From contig CAXNJO010000004.1 of assembly GCA_964202905.1 (NCBI GenBank), positions 512,001 through 576,000 of the forward strand: a stretch of DNA of 64,000 nt, given 5' to 3'. The DNA is from Polyangiales bacterium (lineage in GTDB: Bacteria; Myxococcota_A; Polyangia; Polyangiales; JADJQN01). Below are positions 51,785 to 61,543 of this stretch, one piece after another. Under the pieces are notes generated by a model. It saw only the letters and a list, made by a program, of their open reading frames with translations. It made no database searches and had not been told where the DNA came from. Within the stretch, counting starts at the first letter, position 1, and each line of letters opens with the position of its first letter. The position numbers and the translations under genes are program-made.

Positions 51785-52392
51785 CGCGACCTCTCGCGCA
51801 CACGCGGCGCGAGCCGTTCTGCGCCGACCCAGCCGCCGACCGGACGCCCGACGAGCGGGCCGTCGTAGCCGAGCCCCACCCAGCTCCGCGCGTCGCGGAA
51901 GTACCCCATCACGCAGAGGCTCTTCAACGCCTCGAACGCCCCCCGCAGGAGCGGCACGCGGCTCGTCATCATCGCCGTGAGGACGACATCCTGCGCCGGC
52001 CCCGGCAGGCGCGTGAAGCGCGACGCGTAGCCGCTCCCGAGCGGCAGCACGTGCTCGACGACATGCAACAAACGGAGGAGATCCGTGCGGTTGGCCGCGT
52101 CGAGCCGTGCGACGAGCCCGTCGACGAAGGGCGCGACGCCGACCTCGTCGGGGCTCGGCATGTCGGGCGCATCCGGCCGCACGATCCGCGCGGCGATCGC
52201 CTGCACGACGAGGAACTCCTTCGGCCCGAGCGCGCGGAGGGTGCGCGCGGTCTCCGCCGGTACCTCGTAGCCCGACACGTTCCACGCAAGCACGCCGCCC
52301 ACGGCGAGCGCCGCGCCGCCCGCGAGCCCGACGCGAAGGAAGCGCCGACGCCCGCGCGTTCGGTCGGGCGGAAGCTGGCTCGGTGCGCTCAC
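51781..52392 (-). CDS. Tat-exported gluconate-2-dehydrogenase subunit-3-like partner protein
   Basis: RRRFLR twin-arginine signal; RFT.L, F.ALKSL..MGYF, W..LGYDGP. Confidence 0.8.
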   Translation of the reverse strand: MSAPSQLPPDRTRGRRRFLRVGLAGGAALAVGGVLAWNVSGYEVPAETARTLRALGPKEFLVVQAIAARIVRPDAPDMPSPDEVGVAPFVDGLVARLDAANRTDLLRLLHVVEHVLPLGSGYASRFTRLPGPAQDVVLTAMMTSRVPLLRGAFEALKSLCVMGYFRDARSWVGLGYDGPLVGRPVGGWVGAERLAPRVRERSR

Positions 52393-52446
52393 GTCGCTAC
52401 CCCTATCGCGGGCCTCGGGCCGACGCCAGATGCTACCGTCGGCGAC

Positions 52447-54036
52447 ATGGGGCAGCGCGCCGTCGTCGCCGGCACCGCGACCGCGTGGCACGCGGGTGTC
52501 GTCCGGGGAGCTGCGCTCGCGACGCTGGTGCTCGGCGCGGCGACCTTCCTCGCGTTCCCGCCCTCCGGGGCGCTCACCGCCACGCCACGCGCCCGGGCGC
52601 AGCGCGCGCCAGCGCTCCGCTTCCTCGACGCGGCGAACGCGCCCGCCGGCGCGCTCTTCGTCTCACGCGCGATCACGAACGACGCGACCCTCCCGCGCCG
52701 CCCCGCGTGGGATGGGACGAGTGCCCGAGACGCCGACAATTTCCGCGTGGAGCTCGACGCCCCCGCAGACGCCGGACTGCGCGTGTCGGTGCGCCTCGAA
52801 TCCATCGACCCCGCCACGGGTGTCGTGCGCGCGCGCCTCGCGACGCTCGCGCTCACCCGGCCGACGCCGGACCTGCCGCTGCGGTCGACCTTCCTGCGGC
52901 TCGTCGCGGACGCGATCGACGCCGAGGCGCCCGGCGTCTCCGACCGCGTGCTGCGCGTGGCGCTCGGCGACGACGTGCGGGCCTCGTGGGGCGAGGCGGG
53001 CGGCGCTGGGGCGAGCGCGACGCTGCAGGTCGGACGCACGGGCCCGGCGGGCACACCGCGCGGCACGCTCCGCGGCACCCTGCGCGTGCGCGTCTTGCGG
53101 TACACGTCGGGTGGCGAGCCCGCGATCCACCGCCGCATCGACCAAGCGATCGCGCTCGGACGCGCGCAGATCGCCATCGCGAACGAGGTCTGGGCACAGT
53201 GCGGGATCGGCTTCGGCGATCCGGAGGCCGCCGACGTCGCCGTGGTCGATCCCCCGCCGCCCTCGCTGCTCGCGTTCGGGGATGGCGACGGGCTCCCTGC
53301 CTCGGGGGGCGGTGCGATCCGGCTGTTCGTCGCGGGGCGCGCGCTTCCGGCCGTATTCACGCGTCCCGGCGAGCGTCCGGTCGGCACCGCGCTCCGCGTC
53401 GCGGCTGCGCTCCGCGCCGCAGGGTACGAGGCGCGCGTCTTCGAAAACCCGAGATCCGAGTCCGGCACCGGGCGCAGCGCGGACGTCGTCGTGCGGACCA
53501 CCGACGGACGCCCGGCGTCACTCTCCGGCCCACCCGACGGGCCGCTTGCGACCGATCGTCGGCAGAGCGTCCTGCTCGGACGCGTGGACCTCACCGACGG
53601 CCTGACCGAGTTCGAGAACGCCACGTCGGCCGCCGGCACGCTCGAGGAACGCACCCTCATCCGCCTCGTCGCCGACGACGATCCCCGCACGATCGACGTC
53701 CTGATCGTGCCGCGCTTCAGCGGCGGCACACGTCAGGGGGAGGCGTTCATCGAGGGCGAGGACGGCGCGATCACGAACGTCACGATCCTCGATCGCAACG
53801 GCCTGCTCCAGCAGCGCGCGAGCTGGTCCCAGGCCCACGAGCTGGGCCACGTCCTCCTCGATCAGGGGCTGCATCCGGACAACGTCGGCGAGGATCGCCC
53901 CTGGCTGCTGATGGACGCCGACGCGAGCCTCGGTCTCGTCACCGGCCCCAAGCGACTCACCGAGGAGGAGTGCCTGCGCGCGCGCGTCGAGAGCGGCCCC
54001 GACGCCGCCCCCGCGCTGCTCACGCCGGTCCCGTGA
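52447..54036 (+). CDS. Exported putative zinc metalloprotease (metzincin-like)
   Basis: Signal/TM segment; ANEVWAQCGI; AHELGHVLLDQGLH and downstream WLLM. Confidence 0.65.
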   Translation: MGQRAVVAGTATAWHAGVVRGAALATLVLGAATFLAFPPSGALTATPRARAQRAPALRFLDAANAPAGALFVSRAITNDATLPRRPAWDGTSARDADNFRVELDAPADAGLRVSVRLESIDPATGVVRARLATLALTRPTPDLPLRSTFLRLVADAIDAEAPGVSDRVLRVALGDDVRASWGEAGGAGASATLQVGRTGPAGTPRGTLRGTLRVRVLRYTSGGEPAIHRRIDQAIALGRAQIAIANEVWAQCGIGFGDPEAADVAVVDPPPPSLLAFGDGDGLPASGGGAIRLFVAGRALPAVFTRPGERPVGTALRVAAALRAAGYEARVFENPRSESGTGRSADVVVRTTDGRPASLSGPPDGPLATDRRQSVLLGRVDLTDGLTEFENATSAAGTLEERTLIRLVADDDPRTIDVLIVPRFSGGTRQGEAFIEGEDGAITNVTILDRNGLLQQRASWSQAHELGHVLLDQGLHPDNVGEDRPWLLMDADASLGLVTGPKRLTEEECLRARVESGPDAAPALLTPVP

Positions 54037-55431
54037 TCACGCGTCGAGCGCCGCGCGGAGCGCCTCGGCAAGCGACGCGACCGACACGATCTCGAGCCCC
54101 GCACGCTCCTCGCGCGTGAGCCGCTGCGCGTTTCCTGCGGGCACGATCGCGCGCTGGAATCCCATGTTCTTCGACTCTGCGAGGCGAGGCGCGGCGCGCG
54201 GCACGGCGCGCACCTCCCCCGCGAGACCCACCTCGCCGAAGACCACCAACTCCGGGCCGACCGCGCGCTCCCGCAGGCTCGACACGACGGCGATCGCGAG
54301 CGCGAGGTCGAGCGCCGGCTCCTCGACGCGCGCGCCGCCGGCGACGCTCGCGAACACGTCGCGGTCGAGCACGTGCACCTCCGCCTTGCGCTCGAGCACC
54401 GCGAGCAAAATCGCAAGGCGATTGCCATCGAGCCCCGTCGCGACGCGCCGTGCCGCCCCGTAGACCGCCGGCGCGACGAGCGCCTGGACCTCGACGAGCA
54501 GCGGCCGAGACCCCTCCGCCGTCGGGACGACGAGCGAACCGGCCGCCGCACGCGGACGCTCGGCGAGGAAGAGCTTGCTCGGGTCCGGGACCTCGCGCAG
54601 GCCCTCGCGGACCATCTCGAACACGGCGACCTCCTGCGCGGGGCCGAAGCGGTTCTTCGCGGAGCGCACCAGGCGGAAGGCGTGCGTGCGATCGCCCTCG
54701 AAGTTGAGCACCGTGTCGACGAGGTGCTCGAGCAGCTTCGGACCGGCGATGGCGCCATCCTTCGTGACGTGCCCGATGAGGAAGAGCGCGACCCCGCTCC
54801 GCTTCGCGAGGTCCACGAGGCGGGCGGTCACCTCCCGCAACTGTCCAACGCTCCCGGCCGCCGACTCGAGCGCGCCGGCGCGGATCGTCTGGATCGAATC
54901 GATGACCGCGACCTGCGGATGTTCGCGAGCGATCGCCGCCTCGACGTCCTCGAGCTCGGTAGTGGCCTGCACGATCACGTCGCCGACCCCCGGGGTCTCG
55001 AGGCGCCGCGCGCGCAACGCGATCTGCGACGCGGACTCCTCGCCCGTCACGTAGAGCGTGCGGGCGCCCCGCGCCGCGAGGCCCGCGAGGGCCTGCATGA
55101 GCAGCGTCGACTTGCCGATCCCCGGGTCGCCCCCGACGAGCACGACGCTCCCCCCGACCACGCCGCCACCCAACACGCGATCGAGCTCGCCGAGGCCCGT
55201 CGGCAGTCGACGCGCATCCTCCCCGCGCACCTCCGACAGCTTGATCGGTGCGCGATGCGCCTCGTCGCCCGTCCGCCCCGCCCCCGCTCGCCCTGCAACG
55301 CCCGGCCCCGCGCGCGCCCGCTCTTCGGCGAGCGTGCCCCACGCCTGACACTGTGGGCAGCGACCGAGCCAGCGGGGCGACGAGGCCCCGCAAGCCGTAC
55401 AGACGTGGATCGACGCGGTCTTCTTGGTCAT
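54037..55431 (-). CDS. radA: DNA repair protein RadA/Sms
   Basis: CTACG..CPQC, GDPGIGKSTL, GEES, IDSIQT, GHVTKDG, KNRFG, GEVGLAGEVR. Confidence 0.97.
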   Translation of the reverse strand: MTKKTASIHVCTACGASSPRWLGRCPQCQAWGTLAEERARAGPGVAGRAGAGRTGDEAHRAPIKLSEVRGEDARRLPTGLGELDRVLGGGVVGGSVVLVGGDPGIGKSTLLMQALAGLAARGARTLYVTGEESASQIALRARRLETPGVGDVIVQATTELEDVEAAIAREHPQVAVIDSIQTIRAGALESAAGSVGQLREVTARLVDLAKRSGVALFLIGHVTKDGAIAGPKLLEHLVDTVLNFEGDRTHAFRLVRSAKNRFGPAQEVAVFEMVREGLREVPDPSKLFLAERPRAAAGSLVVPTAEGSRPLLVEVQALVAPAVYGAARRVATGLDGNRLAILLAVLERKAEVHVLDRDVFASVAGGARVEEPALDLALAIAVVSSLRERAVGPELVVFGEVGLAGEVRAVPRAAPRLAESKNMGFQRAIVPAGNAQRLTREERAGLEIVSVASLAEALRAALDA

Positions 55432-55489
55432 GGGGCGCTGTTCGTTCGGGATCGCGCCGGGTTGCGACCCGCGCGGGCGCCCCGCGCGC

Positions 55490-57556
55490 TCAGAACTGCA
55501 CGCCGAGGATGAGGCGCAGGGTCTGCGCGTTCTTCAACGCGGGATTGCCCGTCGCGACCTCGGAACCCGACGCGTTCGAGAGATAGCCGAGGCCCTGCAT
55601 CGGGAAGAGCAGGCCGTACTGCGCCATCGCGTAGAAGCCGTCGAGGATCTCGGGGCCGTCCTCGCTGCGGTAGTAAATCGACGCATCGACCTCGACGCCG
55701 AGGTTCGCGTCGTTGCCCCAGGTCTGCACCGTCGAGGCAGCGCGGCTGTACACGAGGTCCACGCGCCCACCGAGCAGCTGGCCGAACTCACTCCGGAGGA
55801 AGTCGTAACTCACGCCCGGGCGGAAGTAGTAGGCGCCGCTCACCTGCCGGAGGATCGAGCGCCAGAGGATGAGGTCGACGCGGTAGTTCGGGTGGAAACG
55901 GAAGGTCGAGATCGCGCCGTCGCGTCCCGGAGCGCGCGCGCTCGAATCGACGAACGCGCCGAGCCCGTCGTTGGCCGCTTCCGAGTCGCCGCTCGCGAAG
56001 CCCGAGTTGAAGTGGAAGCCGAGTTTGTCGTCGAGCATCCGGTACTCGGCGTCGAGCGTGGCACCCCACTGCGCGAGGCGGAGGTTCGAGCCCGTGTACG
56101 CGGCGGCGCCGACGCCGTCGTTGATGTTCCCGATGCTGCCGAGCACCGCGGCGCCCTCGAGCTCCACGCGGAGCTTGCCGACCAGCAGCTGCGCCCAGAC
56201 GTCGGGGATCCACTGCTCGGCGCGGCGCCGCACGAGGTAGGGATCGCTGCCGGTGCTGCCCGAAGGGGCCTCGCCCGTGGCCGAGACCCGGCGGTCGCTC
56301 GAGAGAAGCTGGTAGCGGTAGAGCAGGAACGCGCCCGTGTTGAGCACGAGGTCGCCGCGCGCGAGGGCCGCGCTCTGCTCCTCGGCCGTCGAGCGGCGCG
56401 CCACGGCGAACATGTACTGCGTGGCATCGTCCCGCTGCGCCGGATCGTACGGGAGCGCGTAATCGACGACGCGCCCGGCCTCGTCGGCGCGGAGACGGCC
56501 GATGACGCCGGAACTCGTGAAGTCGTAGGCCGCCATCAGATAGAGCCCGGCGAGCCGCGTGACGGCCATCAGTCGGTCGACGTCCGTGGAGTAGTCGCCG
56601 TCGAGGTTGTCCCCGGCGTTCGCGACCATGCCGAGACCCCAGTGCCAGCCCATGCGACCGAAGCGCAACTCGCCGAGCGTCCGGTTGCGCACCTCGGCCC
56701 ACGCGCGGCGCGCGACCACGGTGTCGGTGAGCGCGCTCCCCCAGGAGGACGACGGCACCGCGGTCGTTCCTGGCCCGCCGGCCCCCGAGAAGATCGAGCG
56801 GCTGCCGTCGCCGCCGAGGATGGAGTCCGGGCTCGAGCCGAGGATCACGTTGTCGAAGACGTCGATCCACATCTTCACGCGGACGTCGTCGCTCAAGTTG
56901 AGCTGCGGCATGAGCCGGAGGCGCATGTTCGCGCTCGCGAGCGCCTCGGTGTCGCACTCGCTCGACGCACACCCGCCTGCCACGGCCGCGCGACGCTCGA
57001 CAGGGACCCAGTTGTCGAAGGGCGTGAGCGCACCGCCCGGCGCCGGCGCGGACCAGGGCCGTCCGAGATCGAACGTGTCCTGGAGGTCGCCGCGACCACG
57101 GAAGTAGCCATGCAGCGTGAAGACCGACTGGGGAGCCGTCCACGCGTCCGGCGCGCTCGCGTCGCTTTGCGCGTCCGACGAACCTCCCGAGAGCCGCGCC
57201 TCGTCGGCCTCCGGCGAGAGAAGCGTCTCGTCGCCCGGCTCGGTCGTCGCGGGGGCCCCGTCGCCCGTCGGCTCGGCCTCGTCGTCGCCCGCCGGTTCCG
57301 CGTCATCGTCGCCGGACGGCGTGACCCCGCTGAGATCGGGCGCTTCGAGCATCGGCGCGCGAAGCTGGGTCGGCTCGTCGCTCCCGGCGTCCTCCTCCTC
57401 GTCGTCCTCGGACTCGTCCGCATCCGCGGCGGGCGCCTCGGGAGCGGGTGCGGCGGGGCGCGCGTCGCGGGCGGGACGCGGGCGGGGCTGGGCGGCGGCG
57501 GGCAAGGCCAGCAGGGCCAGCCCGATCACGCAATTCGCGAGGAGGAATCGACGCAT
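55490..57556 (-). CDS. TIGR04551-like myxobacterial outer membrane beta-barrel
   Basis: LHGYFR.R, ANMRLR, DVFDNVILGS.P, GELRFGRMGWHWGLG, FRFHPNYRVDLILWR, terminal F. Confidence 0.8.
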   Translation of the reverse strand: MRRFLLANCVIGLALLALPAAAQPRPRPARDARPAAPAPEAPAADADESEDDEEEDAGSDEPTQLRAPMLEAPDLSGVTPSGDDDAEPAGDDEAEPTGDGAPATTEPGDETLLSPEADEARLSGGSSDAQSDASAPDAWTAPQSVFTLHGYFRGRGDLQDTFDLGRPWSAPAPGGALTPFDNWVPVERRAAVAGGCASSECDTEALASANMRLRLMPQLNLSDDVRVKMWIDVFDNVILGSSPDSILGGDGSRSIFSGAGGPGTTAVPSSSWGSALTDTVVARRAWAEVRNRTLGELRFGRMGWHWGLGMVANAGDNLDGDYSTDVDRLMAVTRLAGLYLMAAYDFTSSGVIGRLRADEAGRVVDYALPYDPAQRDDATQYMFAVARRSTAEEQSAALARGDLVLNTGAFLLYRYQLLSSDRRVSATGEAPSGSTGSDPYLVRRRAEQWIPDVWAQLLVGKLRVELEGAAVLGSIGNINDGVGAAAYTGSNLRLAQWGATLDAEYRMLDDKLGFHFNSGFASGDSEAANDGLGAFVDSSARAPGRDGAISTFRFHPNYRVDLILWRSILRQVSGAYYFRPGVSYDFLRSEFGQLLGGRVDLVYSRAASTVQTWGNDANLGVEVDASIYYRSEDGPEILDGFYAMAQYGLLFPMQGLGYLSNASGSEVATGNPALKNAQTLRLILGVQF

Positions 57557-57763
57557 CGAGGGTTCTCCGCTCCGGATGCCGGGGGCCCCGGTCGCGGGGC
57601 ACGGTGGCACCCCCCGCGGGGCTCGCCGGGCGGGCGGGTCTTACACGCCGTGATCGCGTGGGTCAACGTGAGTATTCGCGCGCTCGCGGCCACCCCGGGA
57701 CGCAAATCCGCGACCACCACCTTGACGTACACCGCCTCTCCCGATTACCACGGAGTCCAAATC

Positions 57764-59419
57764 GTGTCTTCCGCATTACGCCTCGTGCCCCTCGGCGGGC
57801 TTGGCGAGATTGGGATGAACTGCATGGCGGTCGAGACCGACGACTCGATCGTCGTGCTCGACTGTGGCGTCATGTTCCCTGACCGGGGACTCGGCGTCGA
57901 CGTCATCCACCCCGACTTCTCCTACCTGCTCGAACGCCGCCGCCTCGTCCGCGCCATCGTGCTCACGCACGGCCACGAGGACCACATCGGCGCCGTCCCG
58001 TACCTGTTGCGGCACCTCGACGTGCCCGTCTACGGTCCGCCGTACGCCCTCGCGCTCGTGCGCGAGCGGCTGCGCGAACACGGTCTCCTCGAGGGCGCGG
58101 AACTGATCGCCACACGTCCGCGCGCTCGCTATGCAGCGGGCTCGATCGACTTCGAGCCCGTCCGCGTGACGCACTCGATCGCCGACGCGACGGCCCTCGC
58201 GCTCCGCACCCCCGCGGGCCTCTTCGTCCACACCGGCGACTTCAAGATCGACGAGAGCATGCGCGGCGACGAGGCGTTCGACGCCGAGCGCTTCGAGCAG
58301 CTCGGCGACGAGGGCGTACGCGCCCTGCTGAGCGACTCGACGAACGTGGACGTCCCGGGCACGTCGGGCAGCGAAGCAGGCGTCGACGCGGTGCTCACCG
58401 ACCTCATCGCCAGCGCCCCGGCGCGCGTCGTCATCGCGATGTTCGCCTCGAACGCCCAGCGCATGCGCGGGATCATCGTGGCGACCCGCGCGGCCGGACG
58501 GCAACTCTGCTTCCTCGGGCGCTCCGTCCAGTTGCACGCGCGCGTGGCCGTCGAAGAGCGCGTCCTCGAAGACCCGGGCGCGCTCCTCGTCCCGCAGGAC
58601 CGCGTGCAGTCGGTTCCGCGCAACCACCTCGTCGCCATCGCGACGGGCACGCAGGGCGAGCCCGCGGCCGCGCTCGCCCGCCTCGCCGCCGAGACGCACC
58701 CCACCCTGCGCCTCGAGCCGGGCGACCTGGTCGTCCTCTCCTCGCGCGTCATCCCCGGCCACGAGCGCACCGTCGCTGGAATCATCAATGATCTCGAGCG
58801 CCGCGGCGTCGTCGTCCGCTCACCCCTCACGGATCCGGGCGTCCACGTCAGCGGCCACGCGCAGCGCGAAGAGCAGCGCCGCATGATCGAGCTCACGCGC
58901 CCGGACGGCTTCCTGCCCGTCCACGGCTCGTACCACCACCTCCGGCGCCACGCCGAGCTCGCCCACGAGGCGGGCGTCGGCGAGCACCTCGTCGTCGAGA
59001 ACGGCGCCATCGTCGAAGTCGACCGCGCGGCGATGCGGGTCGTCGGCCACGCGCCCGTCGGCCGTATCAGCGTCGATGCGGGCGAGGAGATCCCCGACGC
59101 GGTCCTCCGCGACCGCGCGCTGCTCGCGGAGAACGGCGTCGTCACGGCCGTGCTGGTCGTCGACGCCAGCGGCAAACGGCTCGTGCAGGAGCCGGACGTC
59201 GTGACCCGCGGAGTCCTCCTCGAGGAGGCCTCGGCGGGGCTCCTCGCCGACGCCCGCGCCGACCTCGCCGACGCCGTGTACGCGCTGCGCTCGCCGCTCG
59301 ACCGTGTCGACGACGAGAGCCTCCGCGAGCTCGCGCGCCGCACGCTGAAACGCTTCTTCTGGCGCGAACTCCGCCGCAAACCGCTGACCTACGCGATCGT
59401 GGTGCGGGTCCCGCGGTGA
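57764..59419 (+). CDS. rnj: Ribonuclease J
   Basis: PLGGLGEIGMN, THGHEDHIG, HSIAD, HTGDFK, DSTN, GTQGEP, HVSGH, PVHG. Confidence 0.95.
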   Translation: MSSALRLVPLGGLGEIGMNCMAVETDDSIVVLDCGVMFPDRGLGVDVIHPDFSYLLERRRLVRAIVLTHGHEDHIGAVPYLLRHLDVPVYGPPYALALVRERLREHGLLEGAELIATRPRARYAAGSIDFEPVRVTHSIADATALALRTPAGLFVHTGDFKIDESMRGDEAFDAERFEQLGDEGVRALLSDSTNVDVPGTSGSEAGVDAVLTDLIASAPARVVIAMFASNAQRMRGIIVATRAAGRQLCFLGRSVQLHARVAVEERVLEDPGALLVPQDRVQSVPRNHLVAIATGTQGEPAAALARLAAETHPTLRLEPGDLVVLSSRVIPGHERTVAGIINDLERRGVVVRSPLTDPGVHVSGHAQREEQRRMIELTRPDGFLPVHGSYHHLRRHAELAHEAGVGEHLVVENGAIVEVDRAAMRVVGHAPVGRISVDAGEEIPDAVLRDRALLAENGVVTAVLVVDASGKRLVQEPDVVTRGVLLEEASAGLLADARADLADAVYALRSPLDRVDDESLRELARRTLKRFFWRELRRKPLTYAIVVRVPR

Positions 59420-60858
59420 TCCCGCGGTTCGGGTGGTGTCTCGCCCTGGCCTGTCTCGGGGCATGCGGTGCGCCGTCCCGCCGGACGGCTTTGGCGCCCC
59501 CGACGACGACGACCGCCGCGGTACCGGTCGCGGTCGCGGTGCCGGCTCCGATCCCGGAGCCTGAGGACCCGATTCGCGGCAGTCGCCCACCGACCCCCGC
59601 GGAAGCCCGCACGCTGGCCCGCCTGGTCAGGTACGCCGCCCGGATTCGCGGGTTGCAGTTCACGGGGCCCGTGACCATCCGCATCGCAGACAGCGCCGCT
59701 GTGACGCAGAACCTCGACGAACGCCTCGACGAGGAAGACTTCGCCGAGAAGCGCGCGCTCTACACCGCGCTCGGCCTGCTCGCGCCGGACCTCGACCTGC
59801 GCGAGACGCTCAGCGGCGTGATGAACGAGCAGGTGGTTGGCTACTACGACTCGGGCCACGCCCGGCTCGTCCTTCGCGACGACGCTGTCCCTGCGTCGGC
59901 GCAGGGGGGATCCGGGGCCGCGGGCGACGGTGCCGCCCCCGAGAACGGCCGGATGGTGGTCGTGCACGAGCTTGTGCATGCGCTCCAGGATCAAGTGCTT
60001 GGGCTGCGCGCGCTCCACCGCGCGCCGCGCTCGATCGACGAATCGAACGCCGTTGAGGCCTTGGTCGAGGGAGACGCGACGCTCGCCATGGTGCGCGGCG
60101 AATTCCCCGCCGGGACCGACGCCGAAGTCGAGGCGCGAGCGCTCGAACACGTGCGCGAAAGCATCCCCGGCATCCTTCAGCGGAGCACGCGCGGCGACAC
60201 ACGGCTGAGCGGGGCGCCGCCGATCCTGCGCGAGCCCTTGCTCTCCGCCTACGGCGACGGGTTCGCATTTTGCGCGAAACTCTACATCCGACGCGGCTGG
60301 GAGGGCGTGAACCGCGCCTACACGGAGCTGCCGACCTCGAGCGAAGAGATCCTCCACCCGGAGCTCTACCTGCGCGGCGCGCGCACGGTCCCGCTCGAGC
60401 TGCCCACATTCCCCGACCTCAAGGCCGCAGGCCTCACGCTCGGCACCGAGGAGACCCTCGGCGAGCTCGAATCGGGCATCTACTTCGCGATGGCGCTGCC
60501 GCGGCCCAAGGCGCAGCAGGCAGCGGCCGGGTGGGACGGCGATCGCGTCCGCGTCGTGTTCCGCCCGGATGGGACGCCGGGCGCGGTCTGGCTCACGCGA
60601 TGGGACACCGACGGGGACGCGGTGGAGGCCACGAACGCAGCACGCGCCGTGATGCGGGCCCTCCCCCCGCAGGAGCGCGCGGACGCGGCGGTCGTCCGGC
60701 TCGACAGGCACGTGTTCATGCTCCGCGGGGTGCCGGCTGCGCTCCATGCGGGGCTGACGGAGGCGATCCGGCAGGGCATCGCCTCATCGGCCGTCACGCG
60801 CGCGGCGCCCGAGACAACGACCCGCGGCGCTCCCCTTCCCGGCGCGCCCCCGCCGTGA
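59416..60858 (+). CDS. Lipoprotein with HExxH putative metallopeptidase domain
   Basis: Lipobox LGAC; VGYYD, VHELVHALQDQ, ALVEGDAT, P.SSEEILHPE.Y, AAAGWDGD. Confidence 0.75.
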   Translation: MIPRFGWCLALACLGACGAPSRRTALAPPTTTTAAVPVAVAVPAPIPEPEDPIRGSRPPTPAEARTLARLVRYAARIRGLQFTGPVTIRIADSAAVTQNLDERLDEEDFAEKRALYTALGLLAPDLDLRETLSGVMNEQVVGYYDSGHARLVLRDDAVPASAQGGSGAAGDGAAPENGRMVVVHELVHALQDQVLGLRALHRAPRSIDESNAVEALVEGDATLAMVRGEFPAGTDAEVEARALEHVRESIPGILQRSTRGDTRLSGAPPILREPLLSAYGDGFAFCAKLYIRRGWEGVNRAYTELPTSSEEILHPELYLRGARTVPLELPTFPDLKAAGLTLGTEETLGELESGIYFAMALPRPKAQQAAAGWDGDRVRVVFRPDGTPGAVWLTRWDTDGDAVEATNAARAVMRALPPQERADAAVVRLDRHVFMLRGVPAALHAGLTEAIRQGIASSAVTRAAPETTTRGAPLPGAPPP

Positions 60859-60873
60859 TAGCGAGCGTCCCGC

Positions 60874-61338
60874 ATGGGGGAGCACGGCGCGCGCGTCAGC
60901 TGGGACGAGTACTTCATGAACATCGCCCGTGAGGTCGCGACGCGGTCGACGTGCTCGCGCAAGCACGTGGGCGCCGTCATCGTCCGCGACCGGACGATCC
61001 TCTCGACGGGCTACAACGGCTCGGTGCGCGGCCTCCCCCACTGCGACGAGGTCGGCCACATGATGGAGGACGGCCACTGCGTCCGCACGATCCACGCCGA
61101 GGCCAACGCGATCATCCAGGCCGCAAAGAACGGCACCCGTATCGACGGCGCGGGGATCTACGTCACCGCCTCGCCGTGCTGGACCTGCTTCAAGACCATC
61201 GCGAACGCCGGACTCACGCGGATCGTCTTCGGTGAGTTCTACCGGGACCCACGCATCTTCGAGATGTCGTTCCTCATCGGCATCGAGCTCGTCGACTTGA
61301 CGCGCACACCGGTGGGCGGCTCCCCAAGCGCGGTCTGA
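60874..61338 (+). CDS. dCMP deaminase (ComEB-like)
   Basis: WDEYFM.IA, RSTC, VGAVIV, TGYNG, HAEANA, PCWTC. Confidence 0.92.
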   Translation: MGEHGARVSWDEYFMNIAREVATRSTCSRKHVGAVIVRDRTILSTGYNGSVRGLPHCDEVGHMMEDGHCVRTIHAEANAIIQAAKNGTRIDGAGIYVTASPCWTCFKTIANAGLTRIVFGEFYRDPRIFEMSFLIGIELVDLTRTPVGGSPSAV

Positions 61339-61418
61339 CACCCGCCATCACGGATGATACAGACGGTCCGCGACTCGAACGCAGCGGAAAACGTGGCCTT
61401 TTCACCCTCCCCCATCGC

Positions 61419-61447
61419 TTGACGCGTCCGTGGCCGGGCGTTAGACC
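61419..61447 (+). promoter_or_regulatory. Putative promoter of tig (TTGACG-17-TAGACC)
   Basis: Canonical spacing upstream of the repeat and the GGAGG SD. Confidence 0.55.
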
Positions 61448-61449
61448 AC

Positions 61450-61518
61450 CGCCCCTTTCGCGCCCCTTTCGCGCCCCCTTCACGCCCCCTTCACGCCCCC
61501 CTTCACGCCCCCCCTTCA
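61450..61518. repeat. Six-copy 11-13 bp repeat CG(C)nTT[TCG/CA] with C-runs 4,4,5,5,6,7
   Basis: Read directly from the sequence. Confidence 0.9.
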
Positions 61519-61543
61519 CCACGCCCGCCCCGGAGGCACGTTC

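Noticed and set aside
55424..59419. Apparent 1331-aa RNase J fusion
   Set aside because: The N-terminal part is antisense to the beta-barrel gene; RNase J begins near 57764
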